Source: a virus. From it: DNA of 32,000 nucleotides. Positions 7,579 through 17,612 of the stretch are shown here, one piece after another (positions within the stretch are counted from its first letter, which is position 1; every line of letters begins with the position of its first letter). The stretch covers positions 1 through 32,000 of the IMG/VR virus record IMGVR_UViG_3300045988_176635; one strand, written 5' to 3'. The position numbers and the translations under genes were made by a program. The notes under the pieces are model-generated. The model saw nothing but the letters and a program-made list of their open reading frames with translations, searched no databases and had not been told where the DNA came from.

Positions 7579-8025
7579 ATGAGCTACAAAGTAACATTCC
7601 ACACAGAGGCATACAAATCACATCGGGCAAGCAAAAAGAACTGGGAACTCGGTACGCAAAACGACCACATCAAGGCTCTCAACGGACTCTCCTTCGTTGA
7701 GGAGACGAAAGAGGAGCTTTCGTGGCGTCTGCTTATGGCGGGGGGAAACACCCCGTATGAGCTGACACCGGAGTCGGCGGTGCGTTATGAAGCATGGCGC
7801 AACAACCCAAGAAATACCATCAAGTTCCAGGATAAGCTGTGCGACATGGAGCGTACCATCTACCCGTCAGTCCCGTGCTTTACTCAGGGCTATGTCAATG
7901 TTGACGCAGTCATCCAAAAGGTAGAGAAAGCCGGCACAGCCAAGGTCGAGTTCCGCCAGTTTTATGACCTGCGTCAATACGACCCGCACATGAACGGATG
8001 CTACATCCAAATCGAAAAGTTCTAA
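7579..8025 (+). CDS. hypothetical protein
   Basis: ORF with AAGGAGG SD upstream. Confidence 0.65.
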   Translation: MSYKVTFHTEAYKSHRASKKNWELGTQNDHIKALNGLSFVEETKEELSWRLLMAGGNTPYELTPESAVRYEAWRNNPRNTIKFQDKLCDMERTIYPSVPCFTQGYVNVDAVIQKVEKAGTAKVEFRQFYDLRQYDPHMNGCYIQIEKF

Positions 8026-8045
8026 AAAATAATGAGGATTATATC

Positions 8046-8117
8046 ATGACGTTCGAAATTCAGAGGGATAGGATGACGATAATCCACGTCTGTCCCAACG
8101 GCTGTGATTTCGAATAG
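8046..8117 (+). CDS. possible 23-aa small protein
   Basis: MTFEIQRDRMTIIHVCPNGCDFE, weak SD AATGAGG. Confidence 0.3.
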   Translation: MTFEIQRDRMTIIHVCPNGCDFE

Positions 8118-8168
8118 TTAACCACCTATTTTCGCAAATACCCGACTTAAAAAAAGGAGAAATGAAAC

Positions 8169-9164
8169 ATGAATAATAGAATCATGCCGAAGTGGAGCGA
8201 AGTAAAGGATTGCAATGGCATCAACCTTCACCTGTTCGACGCCGTACAGGTCATCACCTCCGGCAACAAGCGCAATAACCAGACGGGCAGAATCATTGCC
8301 CTTCTGAAGACCAAGCCTTACCTCCAGATGGTAGAGGTGCTGTTTCAGGACGAGAAGCGGTCAAATTTCCTCACGTCATCTCTTCGTCTCGTTGAAAGCT
8401 CAGAGGAAGAGAAGGGAAAGTCACTGGCAAAAATCGACTCCCTGAAGCTCATGGGAGCAGAAATCACCGACTCCGATTTCTGCGTTGACCGTTATAATAA
8501 CGATGCTTTCCTATTTGACGATGAAACGAAGACGTGGAACGTCATGCTGGAAGGCATTTCCGATGTGGACCGACTATTCGGAACCTTTTTTGAAACGGAG
8601 CAGAACGATTCCTACTGTAACATCTATGCGGATGTAGACGAATACTGCACCAAGCTCGCAAAGCCATACCTCACGGTATCTCTGTGGCTCGGTGATGTCT
8701 GTGTAGAGGCAGTGCGCCCCTTATCAAAGGACGAGCAGGAAGCAGTGCTTCGCATCATCCGTCCTACCTACGAGAAGATGGACTACAAGAAGCTTCTGAA
8801 GGAGTGGGATGCGGAAGAGCAGAAATATGTGAACAGCATCATGCTGGAAGACGGCGATGGCTGCTACGGGTACAAATTCGCTGCCGATACCATTGAGGCC
8901 GCTAAGGCTGGCTTCCATGAGGTCATCTGGATGGCGATTGAGCTGAAGCAGTACCGTTCCGGTCAGGATTTCAGCGTCAACTCCTTTATCGAGGACGGTG
9001 ACGGCAAGTATGTCGAGTCCGACAGGGAAGGCCACATCGTCATCAATCGCGTCGTCACAACGCAGGAACCCAGCAAGTATATCAACTGGGAGATGGCTGG
9101 CACGCTGCCATTCATCTATACGGTGGACCGCGAGAAGAGCGAGTGGAAGCTCCACGCGACTTAA
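8169..9164 (+). CDS. hypothetical protein
   Basis: Long ORF; AAAGGAGAAATGAAACATG initiation region. Confidence 0.7.
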   Translation: MNNRIMPKWSEVKDCNGINLHLFDAVQVITSGNKRNNQTGRIIALLKTKPYLQMVEVLFQDEKRSNFLTSSLRLVESSEEEKGKSLAKIDSLKLMGAEITDSDFCVDRYNNDAFLFDDETKTWNVMLEGISDVDRLFGTFFETEQNDSYCNIYADVDEYCTKLAKPYLTVSLWLGDVCVEAVRPLSKDEQEAVLRIIRPTYEKMDYKKLLKEWDAEEQKYVNSIMLEDGDGCYGYKFAADTIEAAKAGFHEVIWMAIELKQYRSGQDFSVNSFIEDGDGKYVESDREGHIVINRVVTTQEPSKYINWEMAGTLPFIYTVDREKSEWKLHAT

Positions 9165-9172
9165 CAACTGAA

Positions 9173-9207
9173 GCGCCGGTGGATGAAAATATCCGCCGGC
9201 GCTTTTT
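9173..9207 (+). terminator. rho-independent terminator
   Basis: GCGCCGGtGGAT...ATCCgCCGGCGC + T5. Confidence 0.8.
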
Positions 9208-9228
9208 CCATGTTTTGCCACAATCGAG

Positions 9229-9402
9229 TTCTCATATTCTTAGGTTCTCCATCAGGAAATAGGTGATTTTTTCTCTTCTGCCGGTATGCTGAAATCATAC
9301 AAAAGAAGTATCTCAAACACAAAGAAAGTTCAGTCAGCGTCCGTTGCGGATGCTGGCTCTTATATATAAAAATTTCATAAACAAAAAGGAGAAACGAAAA
9401 AA
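9229..9402 (+). promoter_or_regulatory. conserved promoter/leader module, copy B
   Basis: Octamers TTCTCATA/TTCTTAGG/TTCTCC; TATGCT 9285-9290; GAAGTATC from 9305; hairpin AGTCAGCGTCCG(ttg)CGGATGCTGGCT 9332-9358. Confidence 0.8.
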
Positions 9403-10101
9403 ATGAAGAACAAGGCATATCTCTTACCAGCGTGCAAGACTGCTGACGGCGTTCCCATCGGCATTGGCTCCGAGGTGTACGCAATCACCTTTAAGCAGAA
9501 AGTCAACAAATACGGTCGGCTGTATCGTCCGTCCACGAGAGAGTTGGCGGTCGTAAAAGTAACGGTGTCTACTGTGACCTTCTCCGAATTTGTGGAACCC
9601 GGTTGGTTTGGCTGGACGGGCGTTGCCTATTCGGGAATGACCGAAGTCGAATGCTCTGATGGTAAAACGAAGACGTTTTCCTACTTGCCCGGTATCGAGG
9701 TCAGCCAGTACACCATCTTCGCATCCGAGGACGCCGCAAAGGCCGCCTTGGAGAAGGCGGAGGCGGGCGGCGGTCTCTATACGAGAGCCGGATTCCCGTT
9801 GATGCCTTCTTGGCAGATTGGCGAGGTACGGGCAGCTCTGGAGAAAGCTGAGCAGAGCACTGAGGAAGAGCCTTCCATCGTTCGCAACATCCCTTATGTC
9901 TCCGTTTGGGACGGCGGAAATTGCATTGCGGCGACAAAGGCAGACGTCTGTCTGGACACAAAGCAGGTATTCAACATTCAGACCATTGACGTTGGAGATT
10001 CTGTCAATGTTCTGAACCATGAGTACATCGTGCTGCACGGAACAGAGTATACCGTTTTCCCGAAGGGCGAAGCGAAAGACGGCGCATACTGGCGTGACTG
10101 A
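9403..10101 (+). CDS. hypothetical protein
   Basis: MKNKAYLLPACKTADGV..., follows module B and AAGGAG. Confidence 0.65.
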   Translation: MKNKAYLLPACKTADGVPIGIGSEVYAITFKQKVNKYGRLYRPSTRELAVVKVTVSTVTFSEFVEPGWFGWTGVAYSGMTEVECSDGKTKTFSYLPGIEVSQYTIFASEDAAKAALEKAEAGGGLYTRAGFPLMPSWQIGEVRAALEKAEQSTEEEPSIVRNIPYVSVWDGGNCIAATKADVCLDTKQVFNIQTIDVGDSVNVLNHEYIVLHGTEYTVFPKGEAKDGAYWRD

Positions 10102-10116
10102 CAAAAAAGAAGGAGA

Positions 10117-10791
10117 ATGAGAATTATGACTAATATTAGTGAGAAAACCACCGGTTCCTGCAAAGACCGCGAGTATATCGTGACAGAGGTCTGCCCGCAT
10201 TGTGAAGCAGAGGTTGAGATGCGATGGAATGTGGCCGCAGACGGCTACAAGGCGTTCTGCCCTCATTGCGGCAAGCGGCTGATGCTCTGTGACGCCTGCC
10301 AGCATCCGGAGGACAAGTGCGTGGAGAACTGCGATTACAACTCCGAGACCGATACCTGCCGTCACAATCAGCCTGCACAGGAGCTGAAGGCCGGCGATGT
10401 CTGTACCTATGGCTTTGGAACGGAGAATGCTTCCCGTGCCACGGTCAAAATCGTCGAGCTGCTGCCTCGTTCTGAGGCTGCAACCGTGATGTTCCTGAGC
10501 GTGGAGAGGGACGATACCGGAAACGGTATGTTCAACTACCTGCTCAAAACCGGGAATACCATGAATGCCAGCCTGAAATATCTGACGAAGATTGAGTGCA
10601 GTTCCGACCAGGAACGGGATAACTACGCCGAACTGGAGAAGCTGTGTACGGAATGCGACACGGAGTTCTGTGTCTTCAATCCGCACGGCATCTGCAAGCT
10701 GCCCTTCGTCACCGGAAAGGCTCCGAGACTGGGCGATGACGGCTGCCAGGACTACGCTATGAAGGATTTCATGATGAAGGAGGATTGCTGA
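10117..10791 (+). CDS. zinc-ribbon-like hypothetical protein
   Basis: CPHCEAEVEM...FCPHCGKRLMLCDACQHPEDKC paired cysteine motifs; in-frame ATG at 10126 also possible. Confidence 0.6.
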   Translation: MRIMTNISEKTTGSCKDREYIVTEVCPHCEAEVEMRWNVAADGYKAFCPHCGKRLMLCDACQHPEDKCVENCDYNSETDTCRHNQPAQELKAGDVCTYGFGTENASRATVKIVELLPRSEAATVMFLSVERDDTGNGMFNYLLKTGNTMNASLKYLTKIECSSDQERDNYAELEKLCTECDTEFCVFNPHGICKLPFVTGKAPRLGDDGCQDYAMKDFMMKEDC

Positions 10792-10792
10792 T

Positions 10793-11197
10793 ATGCAGAA
10801 GACTTGTCTCAACTGCACTCATGTGGGCGTGTGCTCCAAGCGGATGCAGTTCATCGTGAACAACTATCTCGTCAAAAGACACTACAACGAGATTGAGAAT
10901 GTCAGCAAAACGCTCGATATCTCCGTGAACTGCGACAGCTATGCAGAAAAGGATTTCTTTTCGTTCATCTGTGCGCGGGTTCGCGACTATTCCGATGGCG
11001 AAGTCTGGAGCGATGGGGACCAGATTCTGTGCAAGACAGAATCTGCCGCGAACGCGCTGTGCGACCTCCTGTGGCAGCTTTACAACGAACGGGGGGAGGC
11101 CTTTGACCTCCACACCGGCTACTACGACCACAAGGAGGACGAAAGAAATCACGAAGAAGACAGATACACCGGCTGGTGGTATGTGTCCGCCGACTGA
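10793..11197 (+). CDS. hypothetical protein
   Basis: ORF immediately after the preceding CDS; CLNCTHVGVC N-terminal cysteine motif. Confidence 0.6.
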   Translation: MQKTCLNCTHVGVCSKRMQFIVNNYLVKRHYNEIENVSKTLDISVNCDSYAEKDFFSFICARVRDYSDGEVWSDGDQILCKTESAANALCDLLWQLYNERGEAFDLHTGYYDHKEDERNHEEDRYTGWWYVSAD

Positions 11198-11208
11198 AAG
11201 GAGAAATA

Positions 11209-11412
11209 ATGAAAATCCGCAATATCCTTTGGGACACCGACGGCGGCAGGGAGGCAAGAGCCTCCCTGCCGAAGGAAGTTGAGCTGCCAAGCAGATTCGA
11301 CCAGTCCCATTTTGCAAGTAGGGAAGAATGGCTCGACACGATTTCCAACTGGCTGTCCGACGAGTTTGGATTCTGTCATTTGGGGTTCGATGTCGGTGAT
11401 GACGACATCTGA
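11209..11412 (+). CDS. hypothetical protein
   Basis: MKIRNILWDTDGG..., GAAAGGAG SD. Confidence 0.6.
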   Translation: MKIRNILWDTDGGREARASLPKEVELPSRFDQSHFASREEWLDTISNWLSDEFGFCHLGFDVGDDDI

Positions 11413-11450
11413 GAATCTACGATTTTTTAACAATAAGGAGAAATGAAAAA

Positions 11451-12368
11451 ATGGGAAAAGGTAATGTTTGTGTGAGCGGTCCGTATGAGGGCCTGTTCTA
11501 TATCGACAACGACTATACCACAGTGCTTCGCCGCGAGGATGACTGTGAGGATACCATCCTCCAGAAAGACCTCAGCGCCAAGGATTTGTCCGGCAACGAC
11601 TGGCTCTTCGATGACGAAGGCAGTGCGAACGAGCTGGAGGATGTGCTGGAGTGCTTTGTGGAGAACTTCACGCACAGGTATCCCAGCTTTGCGCGTGTCA
11701 AGCAGGACAAGTGGCTTGGCCGCAATGTGCGCGTCATCCTCGAAAGCAGCCTGTTTTACATCGGCATTGAGGACAGCGACTGGGCCTATGCCGTGGAACT
11801 GCTTCAGAAGGATAACCCCTGTTCGGAGGGTTTCCAGAGGAAGCACTACAAGGCGTACCTTGACGGCATGAAAGCAGCCCTGCTGGAGCGCCTGCCAAGC
11901 ATCGGCACCTACACGGGGCCGTGGACGCATGGCACCATCCGCAGGGAGCCTGTCAAGGACAACGACCTCCTCGCCGAGGCCGGCGACCGCATCGACAACG
12001 CAGTGTTCGACTTCATCTGCGCGGTTGTCACAGGCCACAGCGTAAACGGGGAAGCGCCGAAAGAGGCTCTTCTCGCAGCTGTGAATGAGCTTTCCGTGGA
12101 ACACGTCAACGCGCTTCCGGAGGGCCTCCTGTCTGACGCTACGAACGAGGCGAAGGAAGCCGCCGGCGAACACTCCTTACAGGAGGATGCCGACGACGGG
12201 CTTCCGCTTCGCTGGGATATGGCCGCCATTGGTCCTGTGGCCGACTATCTGGAAACCGCGCTTTCCGCACGGTTCCGCATCAATACCTGCCACCCCTGGC
12301 AGGATGATACCGAGTGCATCTGCTACGCGACAGACGAGCGCTGCCCATACTGCACCCACAAAATTTGA
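11451..12368 (+). CDS. hypothetical protein
   Basis: ORF with AAGGAG upstream. Confidence 0.65.
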   Translation: MGKGNVCVSGPYEGLFYIDNDYTTVLRREDDCEDTILQKDLSAKDLSGNDWLFDDEGSANELEDVLECFVENFTHRYPSFARVKQDKWLGRNVRVILESSLFYIGIEDSDWAYAVELLQKDNPCSEGFQRKHYKAYLDGMKAALLERLPSIGTYTGPWTHGTIRREPVKDNDLLAEAGDRIDNAVFDFICAVVTGHSVNGEAPKEALLAAVNELSVEHVNALPEGLLSDATNEAKEAAGEHSLQEDADDGLPLRWDMAAIGPVADYLETALSARFRINTCHPWQDDTECICYATDERCPYCTHKI

Positions 12369-12374
12369 TGAAAA

Positions 12375-12403
12375 AGCGCCGCCCGTAATGGACGGCGCTT
12401 TTT
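12375..12403 (+). terminator. rho-independent terminator
   Basis: AGCGCCGCCCgtaatGGACGGCGCT + U-run. Confidence 0.75.
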
Positions 12404-12411
12404 CTTTGCAG

Positions 12412-12583
12412 TTCTCCGGTTCTCCAGTTCTCAGGTTCTTGGAAGGTGAATGCGGCAATTTCCACTTCCGCCGGTATGCTGAGACCATACCAAAGAAGTA
12501 TCACAAACAAAAGAGAAAGTTCAGTCAGCGCCCGCGTGGGTGCTGGCTTTTATATATCACATAACCATCACAAAAAAGGAGAA
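12412..12583 (+). promoter_or_regulatory. conserved promoter/leader module, copy C
   Basis: Four octamers TTCTCCGG/TTCTCCAG/TTCTCAGG/TTCTTGGA; TATGCT 12475-12480; GAAGTATC from 12495; hairpin AGTCAGCGCCC(gcgt)GGGTGCTGGCT 12523-12548. Confidence 0.85.
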
Positions 12584-13336
12584 ATGAAAATGGAGATTTA
12601 TGTAAATTACCTCGCCATTGAGGTCACTCGTCGCTGCAACATGAAATGCAACCACTGCCTGCGCGGAGATGCGCAAAATCTTGACATCTCAACAGCAGTT
12701 CTGTCGGGCATCGCTAAGCATATCCACCCTGCTTCCGTCATTTTCACGGGCGGCGAGCCGTCTTTGAATGTTCCGGCCATCAAGCGGTACTTTGAGCTTG
12801 CGGAGCGTTATGACACGATGCCGGCTGCTTTCTATGTCGCCACCAACGGAGCGACGTCGAAGGAGCAGATGCGCGACCTCGCGCTGACGCTGCTGGAATC
12901 GTATGCTAAGATGGAAGAGCAGGATATGTGCGAGGTCGATGTCTCTGTGGATATGTTCCACGAGGCGTTCCGCGACAATGACAACGCGAAAATTCTGAGC
13001 GGCTTGTCCTTCTTCGGCCAGGGTAAACAGCATTCGGTCAAGGATGACGATTTGAATTGGCTGTTAAATACCGGACGTGCCAACAAGAACGGCATCGGCG
13101 TAAGAGCACCGGAGGTGCTCAGGACCGACATGGACGAGCTGGTAACGGATTACTCCACAGAGTACAACAGCATTGCCTTCGATACGCTCTACATTGCCGC
13201 AAACGGTAATGTGGTAGACGGCTGTGACAGCAGTTACGAGGATATCGACGACGAGGAGAACGTGATTTGCAAGGTCAACCAGCTTCAGAAGAAAGTGAAA
13301 GACTATGTGAAGAACGCCGATTCTAAAATCTCATAA
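12584..13336 (+). CDS. radical SAM family protein
   Basis: EVTRRCNMKCNHCLRGD (CxxxCxxC) and VIFTGGEPSLN. Confidence 0.85.
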   Translation: MKMEIYVNYLAIEVTRRCNMKCNHCLRGDAQNLDISTAVLSGIAKHIHPASVIFTGGEPSLNVPAIKRYFELAERYDTMPAAFYVATNGATSKEQMRDLALTLLESYAKMEEQDMCEVDVSVDMFHEAFRDNDNAKILSGLSFFGQGKQHSVKDDDLNWLLNTGRANKNGIGVRAPEVLRTDMDELVTDYSTEYNSIAFDTLYIAANGNVVDGCDSSYEDIDDEENVICKVNQLQKKVKDYVKNADSKIS

Positions 13337-13348
13337 GGAGGGCTGAAG

Positions 13349-14779
13349 ATGTTTGGTTTAGACAATCTGTTTGCTCAGACATCCGCACAGAAATTCTACA
13401 TTAGCAGAGACCGAATCGCGGAAATCCTGCGCGTCAGTCCTGATGCACTGGATGCCTTCGAGAAGGCTTATTCCAAAGCTGCGTTGCAGACTGAGCCAGA
13501 AAGCATTTTCGAGGTCAATTCCAGGCAGGCAGCGGCGAAAAACGAGCGGCTCGGCGACGACAGCCCGGAAGAGCTGAAAGCTCTTACGGAACGCATCGTG
13601 AAGGAGCTTATCGGGCAGACGCTGACCTACACTTATGATGGGCAAACAGGCAAAATTGAAAAATCGCTTTCCAACGCACCGGAGAAAAATGCTCCTGTCA
13701 CCAATCAGGACCTGCTGCGAATTCCCGCTTCGCTGCGACCGCAGCTGAGTGGGGAACTGATGAAGCGAGACCTTGACATCACTGCCTCAGCTGCGCTCCT
13801 GTTCTACTACGACAAGATGCAGAACGGGAAGACGCCGAAGGAGCGTCGGGATGCGTATAACCGCTTTCGGCAGGGACTGGACATCCTTGACCTTGATGCG
13901 CTGGCCTACCGCATCATCGGGCAGAATCGCAACTCCATCGGACATTGGTTCCCGGAGCTTGTGCGTGCCTACCGGGATTCTGGATTCTTCCGAATTCCGG
14001 CAACGACGATAGCCAAGGTCCCCCTGACGCTCTTACAGCTGACTCGTCTGGACTATCACAGCCTAACGCCTTCGACCATCCAAATCGTCGATAACTGGGC
14101 GCACGCTGTATTTCGCCTGAATGACGAGCGGGATTACTTCGTGAAAACCGGCACCTATTCATCGAAGTTCGACTTCCGGAATTGCCTGGTACACGGAGAA
14201 AAAGAGGTTCGAGAACTTGGCGAGTATTTGCTCTACATCCACCATCAGGCGTTACAGATGGCCGGTCCCCTTAGCTTTCCCTGCATTTATGGGGTCTCAA
14301 CGACAAATGAGTGGGTCGTGCGGGAATTCATTCCAGATAAAGAGGGAAATCCCTGTATCTATCATGGTTTGCCGCTTCATACGGAATATCGCGTATTTGT
14401 TGACTGTGACAGCGATGCTGTCATCGGTGTCTCTCCCTATTGGGAGCCGAAGACTATGCTCAATCGCTTTGGTTCATGCTCGGACGCAAACAGTCCGCAT
14501 CAGATGCACGATTATGTGATTTTCAAAAGTCACGAAGCGACCTTGATGCGGCGCTACCATGAGAATGTCGATTCCGTGGTGGAACACATTCGGGAATTCC
14601 TGCCGGCGCTTGACCTGCAAGGCCAGTGGAGCATCGACGTGATGCAGAATGGTGACGATTTCTGGATTATCGACATGGCTGTGGCGGAAAATTCAGCGTT
14701 CTATGATTGCGTGCCGGAGAGTCTCCGCAGGCCATCTGCTGAAAACTGGATACCCGATATTCTGAAGCCCAACAACTGA
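13349..14779 (+). CDS. ATP-grasp-like protein (tentative, C-terminal half)
   Basis: NEWVVREFIPDKEGN...TEYRVFVDCDSDAVIGVSPYWEP...GQWSIDVMQNGDDFWIIDMAVAENSAFY. Confidence 0.45.
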   Translation: MFGLDNLFAQTSAQKFYISRDRIAEILRVSPDALDAFEKAYSKAALQTEPESIFEVNSRQAAAKNERLGDDSPEELKALTERIVKELIGQTLTYTYDGQTGKIEKSLSNAPEKNAPVTNQDLLRIPASLRPQLSGELMKRDLDITASAALLFYYDKMQNGKTPKERRDAYNRFRQGLDILDLDALAYRIIGQNRNSIGHWFPELVRAYRDSGFFRIPATTIAKVPLTLLQLTRLDYHSLTPSTIQIVDNWAHAVFRLNDERDYFVKTGTYSSKFDFRNCLVHGEKEVRELGEYLLYIHHQALQMAGPLSFPCIYGVSTTNEWVVREFIPDKEGNPCIYHGLPLHTEYRVFVDCDSDAVIGVSPYWEPKTMLNRFGSCSDANSPHQMHDYVIFKSHEATLMRRYHENVDSVVEHIREFLPALDLQGQWSIDVMQNGDDFWIIDMAVAENSAFYDCVPESLRRPSAENWIPDILKPNN

Positions 14780-14807
14780 TTTTCTTGACTCGAAAGGAGA
14801 CAGAAGC

Positions 14808-15353
14808 ATGAAATTGCTGAAAGACTACGAATCCTCCTCTCTCACCCTTAAACGGGTTCGGGAGGTCATCGACAGGGCACTGGACGAGCTGGAGTATGAC
14901 TCCAGGTTCGACGTCAATGTGGCTGCCGAGAACGCCTATTATTACTTGGCACACACCGCCTGTTGGGACGAGGACTTGGCCGCATTCCAGGCCCAGCTGG
15001 ACAACGGCTGCGGTCCTGACGACGGTGCCGGGGAGCTGACCGCTTATGAGCGCGTCGAAATCCTGGCCGCACAGGTCGAACGACTCCTGAACGACAAGGA
15101 GACCTATGCGTACAGCAAGACCATCGACGAAGATGCCCTGCTGGACATTGTTGCCAAGACCCATCCAAGGCTGCTGGCTAAGCGGCCAGCCGATATGTCC
15201 GTTGAGGATTTCAAACACCTCTGGACTATGGTAGTTTCTGCCTACATCGTGGGCGGACGCGACTATGCCGAGGACGAGTTCATCAACTATACGGATGCCA
15301 TCGGCGCGACGCCAGAGGCCGTCGCTGCGGTTATCCGGGCGGGCAATGAATAA
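14808..15353 (+). CDS. hypothetical protein
   Basis: ORF in the same cluster, GAAAGGAG SD. Confidence 0.6.
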   Translation: MKLLKDYESSSLTLKRVREVIDRALDELEYDSRFDVNVAAENAYYYLAHTACWDEDLAAFQAQLDNGCGPDDGAGELTAYERVEILAAQVERLLNDKETYAYSKTIDEDALLDIVAKTHPRLLAKRPADMSVEDFKHLWTMVVSAYIVGGRDYAEDEFINYTDAIGATPEAVAAVIRAGNE

Positions 15354-15383
15354 GAAAAATACGGAACAAAGGAGAAATGAAAA

Positions 15384-16145
15384 ATGATTAAAAGTTTGAA
15401 CAAAGCATATCAGACCGATTCCATGTATTACTGGTGTAACGCCGAGGGCGAGGTAAACTATCCCGGTTCTGGGTTTTCGACAGGTGACTCTGAGCGGCTT
15501 CCCGCTGCGGTGAAGGAACTGTACGAACACTATCAGTTCAGCCCCGGCTGCGACGCAAATCTCTATACGGTCACTTACAGCGGCGAGGATGGGATGCTCC
15601 TCACGACGATGTTCAACAGTAACTGGATGGATGTCCCTGCTGTCAAGGACGCCAAACAGAAGGCGAGGAAAGCGCTCCGCAGCATTGCAACGGAACTGAC
15701 CAGACAGTGCAAGCCGTGGGGGACCGTTCTGTTCGGCGAGGATACCGACCCGGAGGGTGACGAAATTGCCCTGTTTGTCCCTGCGCAGGAGTGTGCGAGT
15801 CACTTTGAGGAAGCGGTAAAGCTCTTCGATGCCAGCGCCTTCTTTGAGCGAGTCAGGGACAAGGTTGCGGAATGCCGCTATCTTGTGTTCCTGAATAGCT
15901 CGTATGTGCGCGACGCGCAGGGCTACTTCCCCCAGCAGCTGTCCGAGGATGCTGACCCGATGGATGAATCCCAGGAGGGCAACTGGGCGGACTGCGGTGG
16001 TCCCATGCTCGTCATGGACGTATACGCAGCCTCCAAGGCCGAGGTCGCCCAGAAGATTGCCGAGGCATATCCCAATGTGGATATGGCGGTCTTCAAGATT
16101 CTCCGCTGCGACGGGGAAATGACAGAGGTGACGGCCCTTGTATAA
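15384..16145 (+). CDS. hypothetical protein
   Basis: ORF with AAAGGAG SD. Confidence 0.65.
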   Translation: MIKSLNKAYQTDSMYYWCNAEGEVNYPGSGFSTGDSERLPAAVKELYEHYQFSPGCDANLYTVTYSGEDGMLLTTMFNSNWMDVPAVKDAKQKARKALRSIATELTRQCKPWGTVLFGEDTDPEGDEIALFVPAQECASHFEEAVKLFDASAFFERVRDKVAECRYLVFLNSSYVRDAQGYFPQQLSEDADPMDESQEGNWADCGGPMLVMDVYAASKAEVAQKIAEAYPNVDMAVFKILRCDGEMTEVTALV

Positions 16146-16350
16146 AATCAAGAACCTGACGTCTCTGCTGCATACCGTGGAAGCCGGCAGATACGGCAGC
16201 CTACCCGTCTATACACTGCACGGGGAGAAGGTCTGGAACAGAATCGGCGACCGCGTGGAACTGCACCTTGGCAACGGAAATAATGTTCTCTGCTCTGAGA
16301 AGGTGTTCCGGAAGGTCGAACCCTTTCTGGAGGCCATTCCCAAGTCTTAA
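16138..16350 (+). CDS. hypothetical small protein, TTG start, overlaps upstream CDS
   Basis: ORF with GAGGTG upstream, followed directly by terminator. Confidence 0.4.
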   Translation: MYKIKNLTSLLHTVEAGRYGSLPVYTLHGEKVWNRIGDRVELHLGNGNNVLCSEKVFRKVEPFLEAIPKS

Positions 16351-16355
16351 ACCTG

Positions 16356-16385
16356 AGCGCCGCCCCTTTGTGGGCGGCGCTTTTT
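16356..16385 (+). terminator. rho-independent terminator
   Basis: AGCGCCGCCC...GGGCGGCGC + T5. Confidence 0.85.
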
Positions 16386-16408
16386 CTTTTTGTCTTTTCA
16401 CACTCCAG

Positions 16409-16584
16409 ATTTGAGGTTCCTCGGTTCTTAGGTTCCAATTTGCAAAATGCGGAGATTTCCGTGCCTGCCGGTATGCTGAGACCATACAAAAGAAGTATCA
16501 CAAACACAAAGAAAATTCAGTCAGCGTCCATACGGATGCTGGCTTTTATATATCAAAAAAATTTCAAAAAAGGAGAATTAAAAA
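16409..16584 (+). promoter_or_regulatory. conserved promoter/leader module, copy D
   Basis: Octamers ATTTGAGG/TTCCTCGG/TTCTTAGG/TTCC; TATGCT 16472-16477; GAAGTATC 16492-16499; hairpin AGTCAGCGTCC(atac)GGATGCTGGCT 16519-16544. Confidence 0.85.
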
Positions 16585-17130
16585 ATGGAAAAAATGATTC
16601 AAATTGCAGAAAGCTACGGATGGGCAGTCGATATGGACAGCGATAGCATCGAATTTAACCAGAGCAGTCCGGCGGGGGAAGATTTCTCCTTCACGGTTCT
16701 GACGAAAGACGCATCTGACGCCGAGAGTCTCGCAGCCGAAGTCCGTTCTTACGCGGACAGCTTCGATACCGAGGAACACGTCAAGATGTGGGTCGATGCG
16801 CAGGGCAGCGTGAGTGGTGTGCCAGACATCAAGACGTTGGTGGAAGACGCTGACGCCATCCAAGAGATGCTCAACGACCTTGCTGACGCTCTTGAAAATG
16901 GCGACGCCAACACAGATGACGAGGAGACTGAAGCCTGCGGCCTCGAAGGCACTTACGAGTGGCTTCTGAACAACTTCGACATCGACGGCACGGCGGGTCG
17001 CATTATCCACAATGTTTTGGAGTATGCCGACCGCATGACTGGCGACGAGCAGTATGAGTTCTTGACGGAGATGCTGGATGGAACGATTGGTCTGTCTGAC
17101 CGCGAAATCAGGAATCTCTGCTGGAACTGA
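16585..17130 (+). CDS. hypothetical protein
   Basis: ORF following module D and AAGGAG. Confidence 0.65.
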   Translation: MEKMIQIAESYGWAVDMDSDSIEFNQSSPAGEDFSFTVLTKDASDAESLAAEVRSYADSFDTEEHVKMWVDAQGSVSGVPDIKTLVEDADAIQEMLNDLADALENGDANTDDEETEACGLEGTYEWLLNNFDIDGTAGRIIHNVLEYADRMTGDEQYEFLTEMLDGTIGLSDREIRNLCWN

Positions 17131-17145
17131 GTGGGGGATAACCCT

Positions 17146-17376
17146 ATGAAGAAACTGACTGTTTTCGACTTTTGCAGCCAAATCGGTGCCGCCAGCGATG
17201 AAATCCCTGTCGTAGTTCGCGTCGGCTTGCAGGAGATTGGGCATTTTCGCAGCCTATACCAGATTCCGGCAGTCGCTATGCCGGGTATCCTGGAAGCAAA
17301 AGTGACATTCGTGACTGTCAAATGTACGCAAATTATCATCCAAGTGAAGACGAAGGATTACAACACAACCATTTGA
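17146..17376 (+). CDS. hypothetical protein
   Basis: MKKLTVFDFCSQIG... Confidence 0.5.
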   Translation: MKKLTVFDFCSQIGAASDEIPVVVRVGLQEIGHFRSLYQIPAVAMPGILEAKVTFVTVKCTQIIIQVKTKDYNTTI

Positions 17377-17398
17377 AAACCGAAAGGAGAAGATTTCT

Positions 17399-17590
17399 AT
17401 GTTTTATGTTTTGGATTTCCATTCTCACCGGTTCACTACCTGTGAGACCGTAGAGAAAGTGAACGAGAAGCTCAAGCAGCTTCAGGATTCCGGTGTTGCC
17501 GAGGACGAAATCTCCGTCATCAATCGACTGGTCGATGACTGTGAAATGAGTATCAACGCTTACCGGGATTTTGCACGCAGCTACTGCTGA
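17399..17590 (+). CDS. hypothetical protein
   Basis: MFYVLDFHSHRFTT..., GAAAGGAG SD. Confidence 0.55.
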   Translation: MFYVLDFHSHRFTTCETVEKVNEKLKQLQDSGVAEDEISVINRLVDDCEMSINAYRDFARSYC

Positions 17591-17612
17591 ACGCGGAAAG
17601 GAGAAGTAAAAA

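Noticed and set aside
9424-10818. 464-aa minus-strand ORF
   Set aside because: Opposite two + strand ORFs with good ribosome-binding sites; no recognisable domain or promoter.
14667-16151. 494-aa minus-strand ORF
   Set aside because: Shadow of + strand genes 14808-15353 and 15384-16145 with consistent SD sequences.
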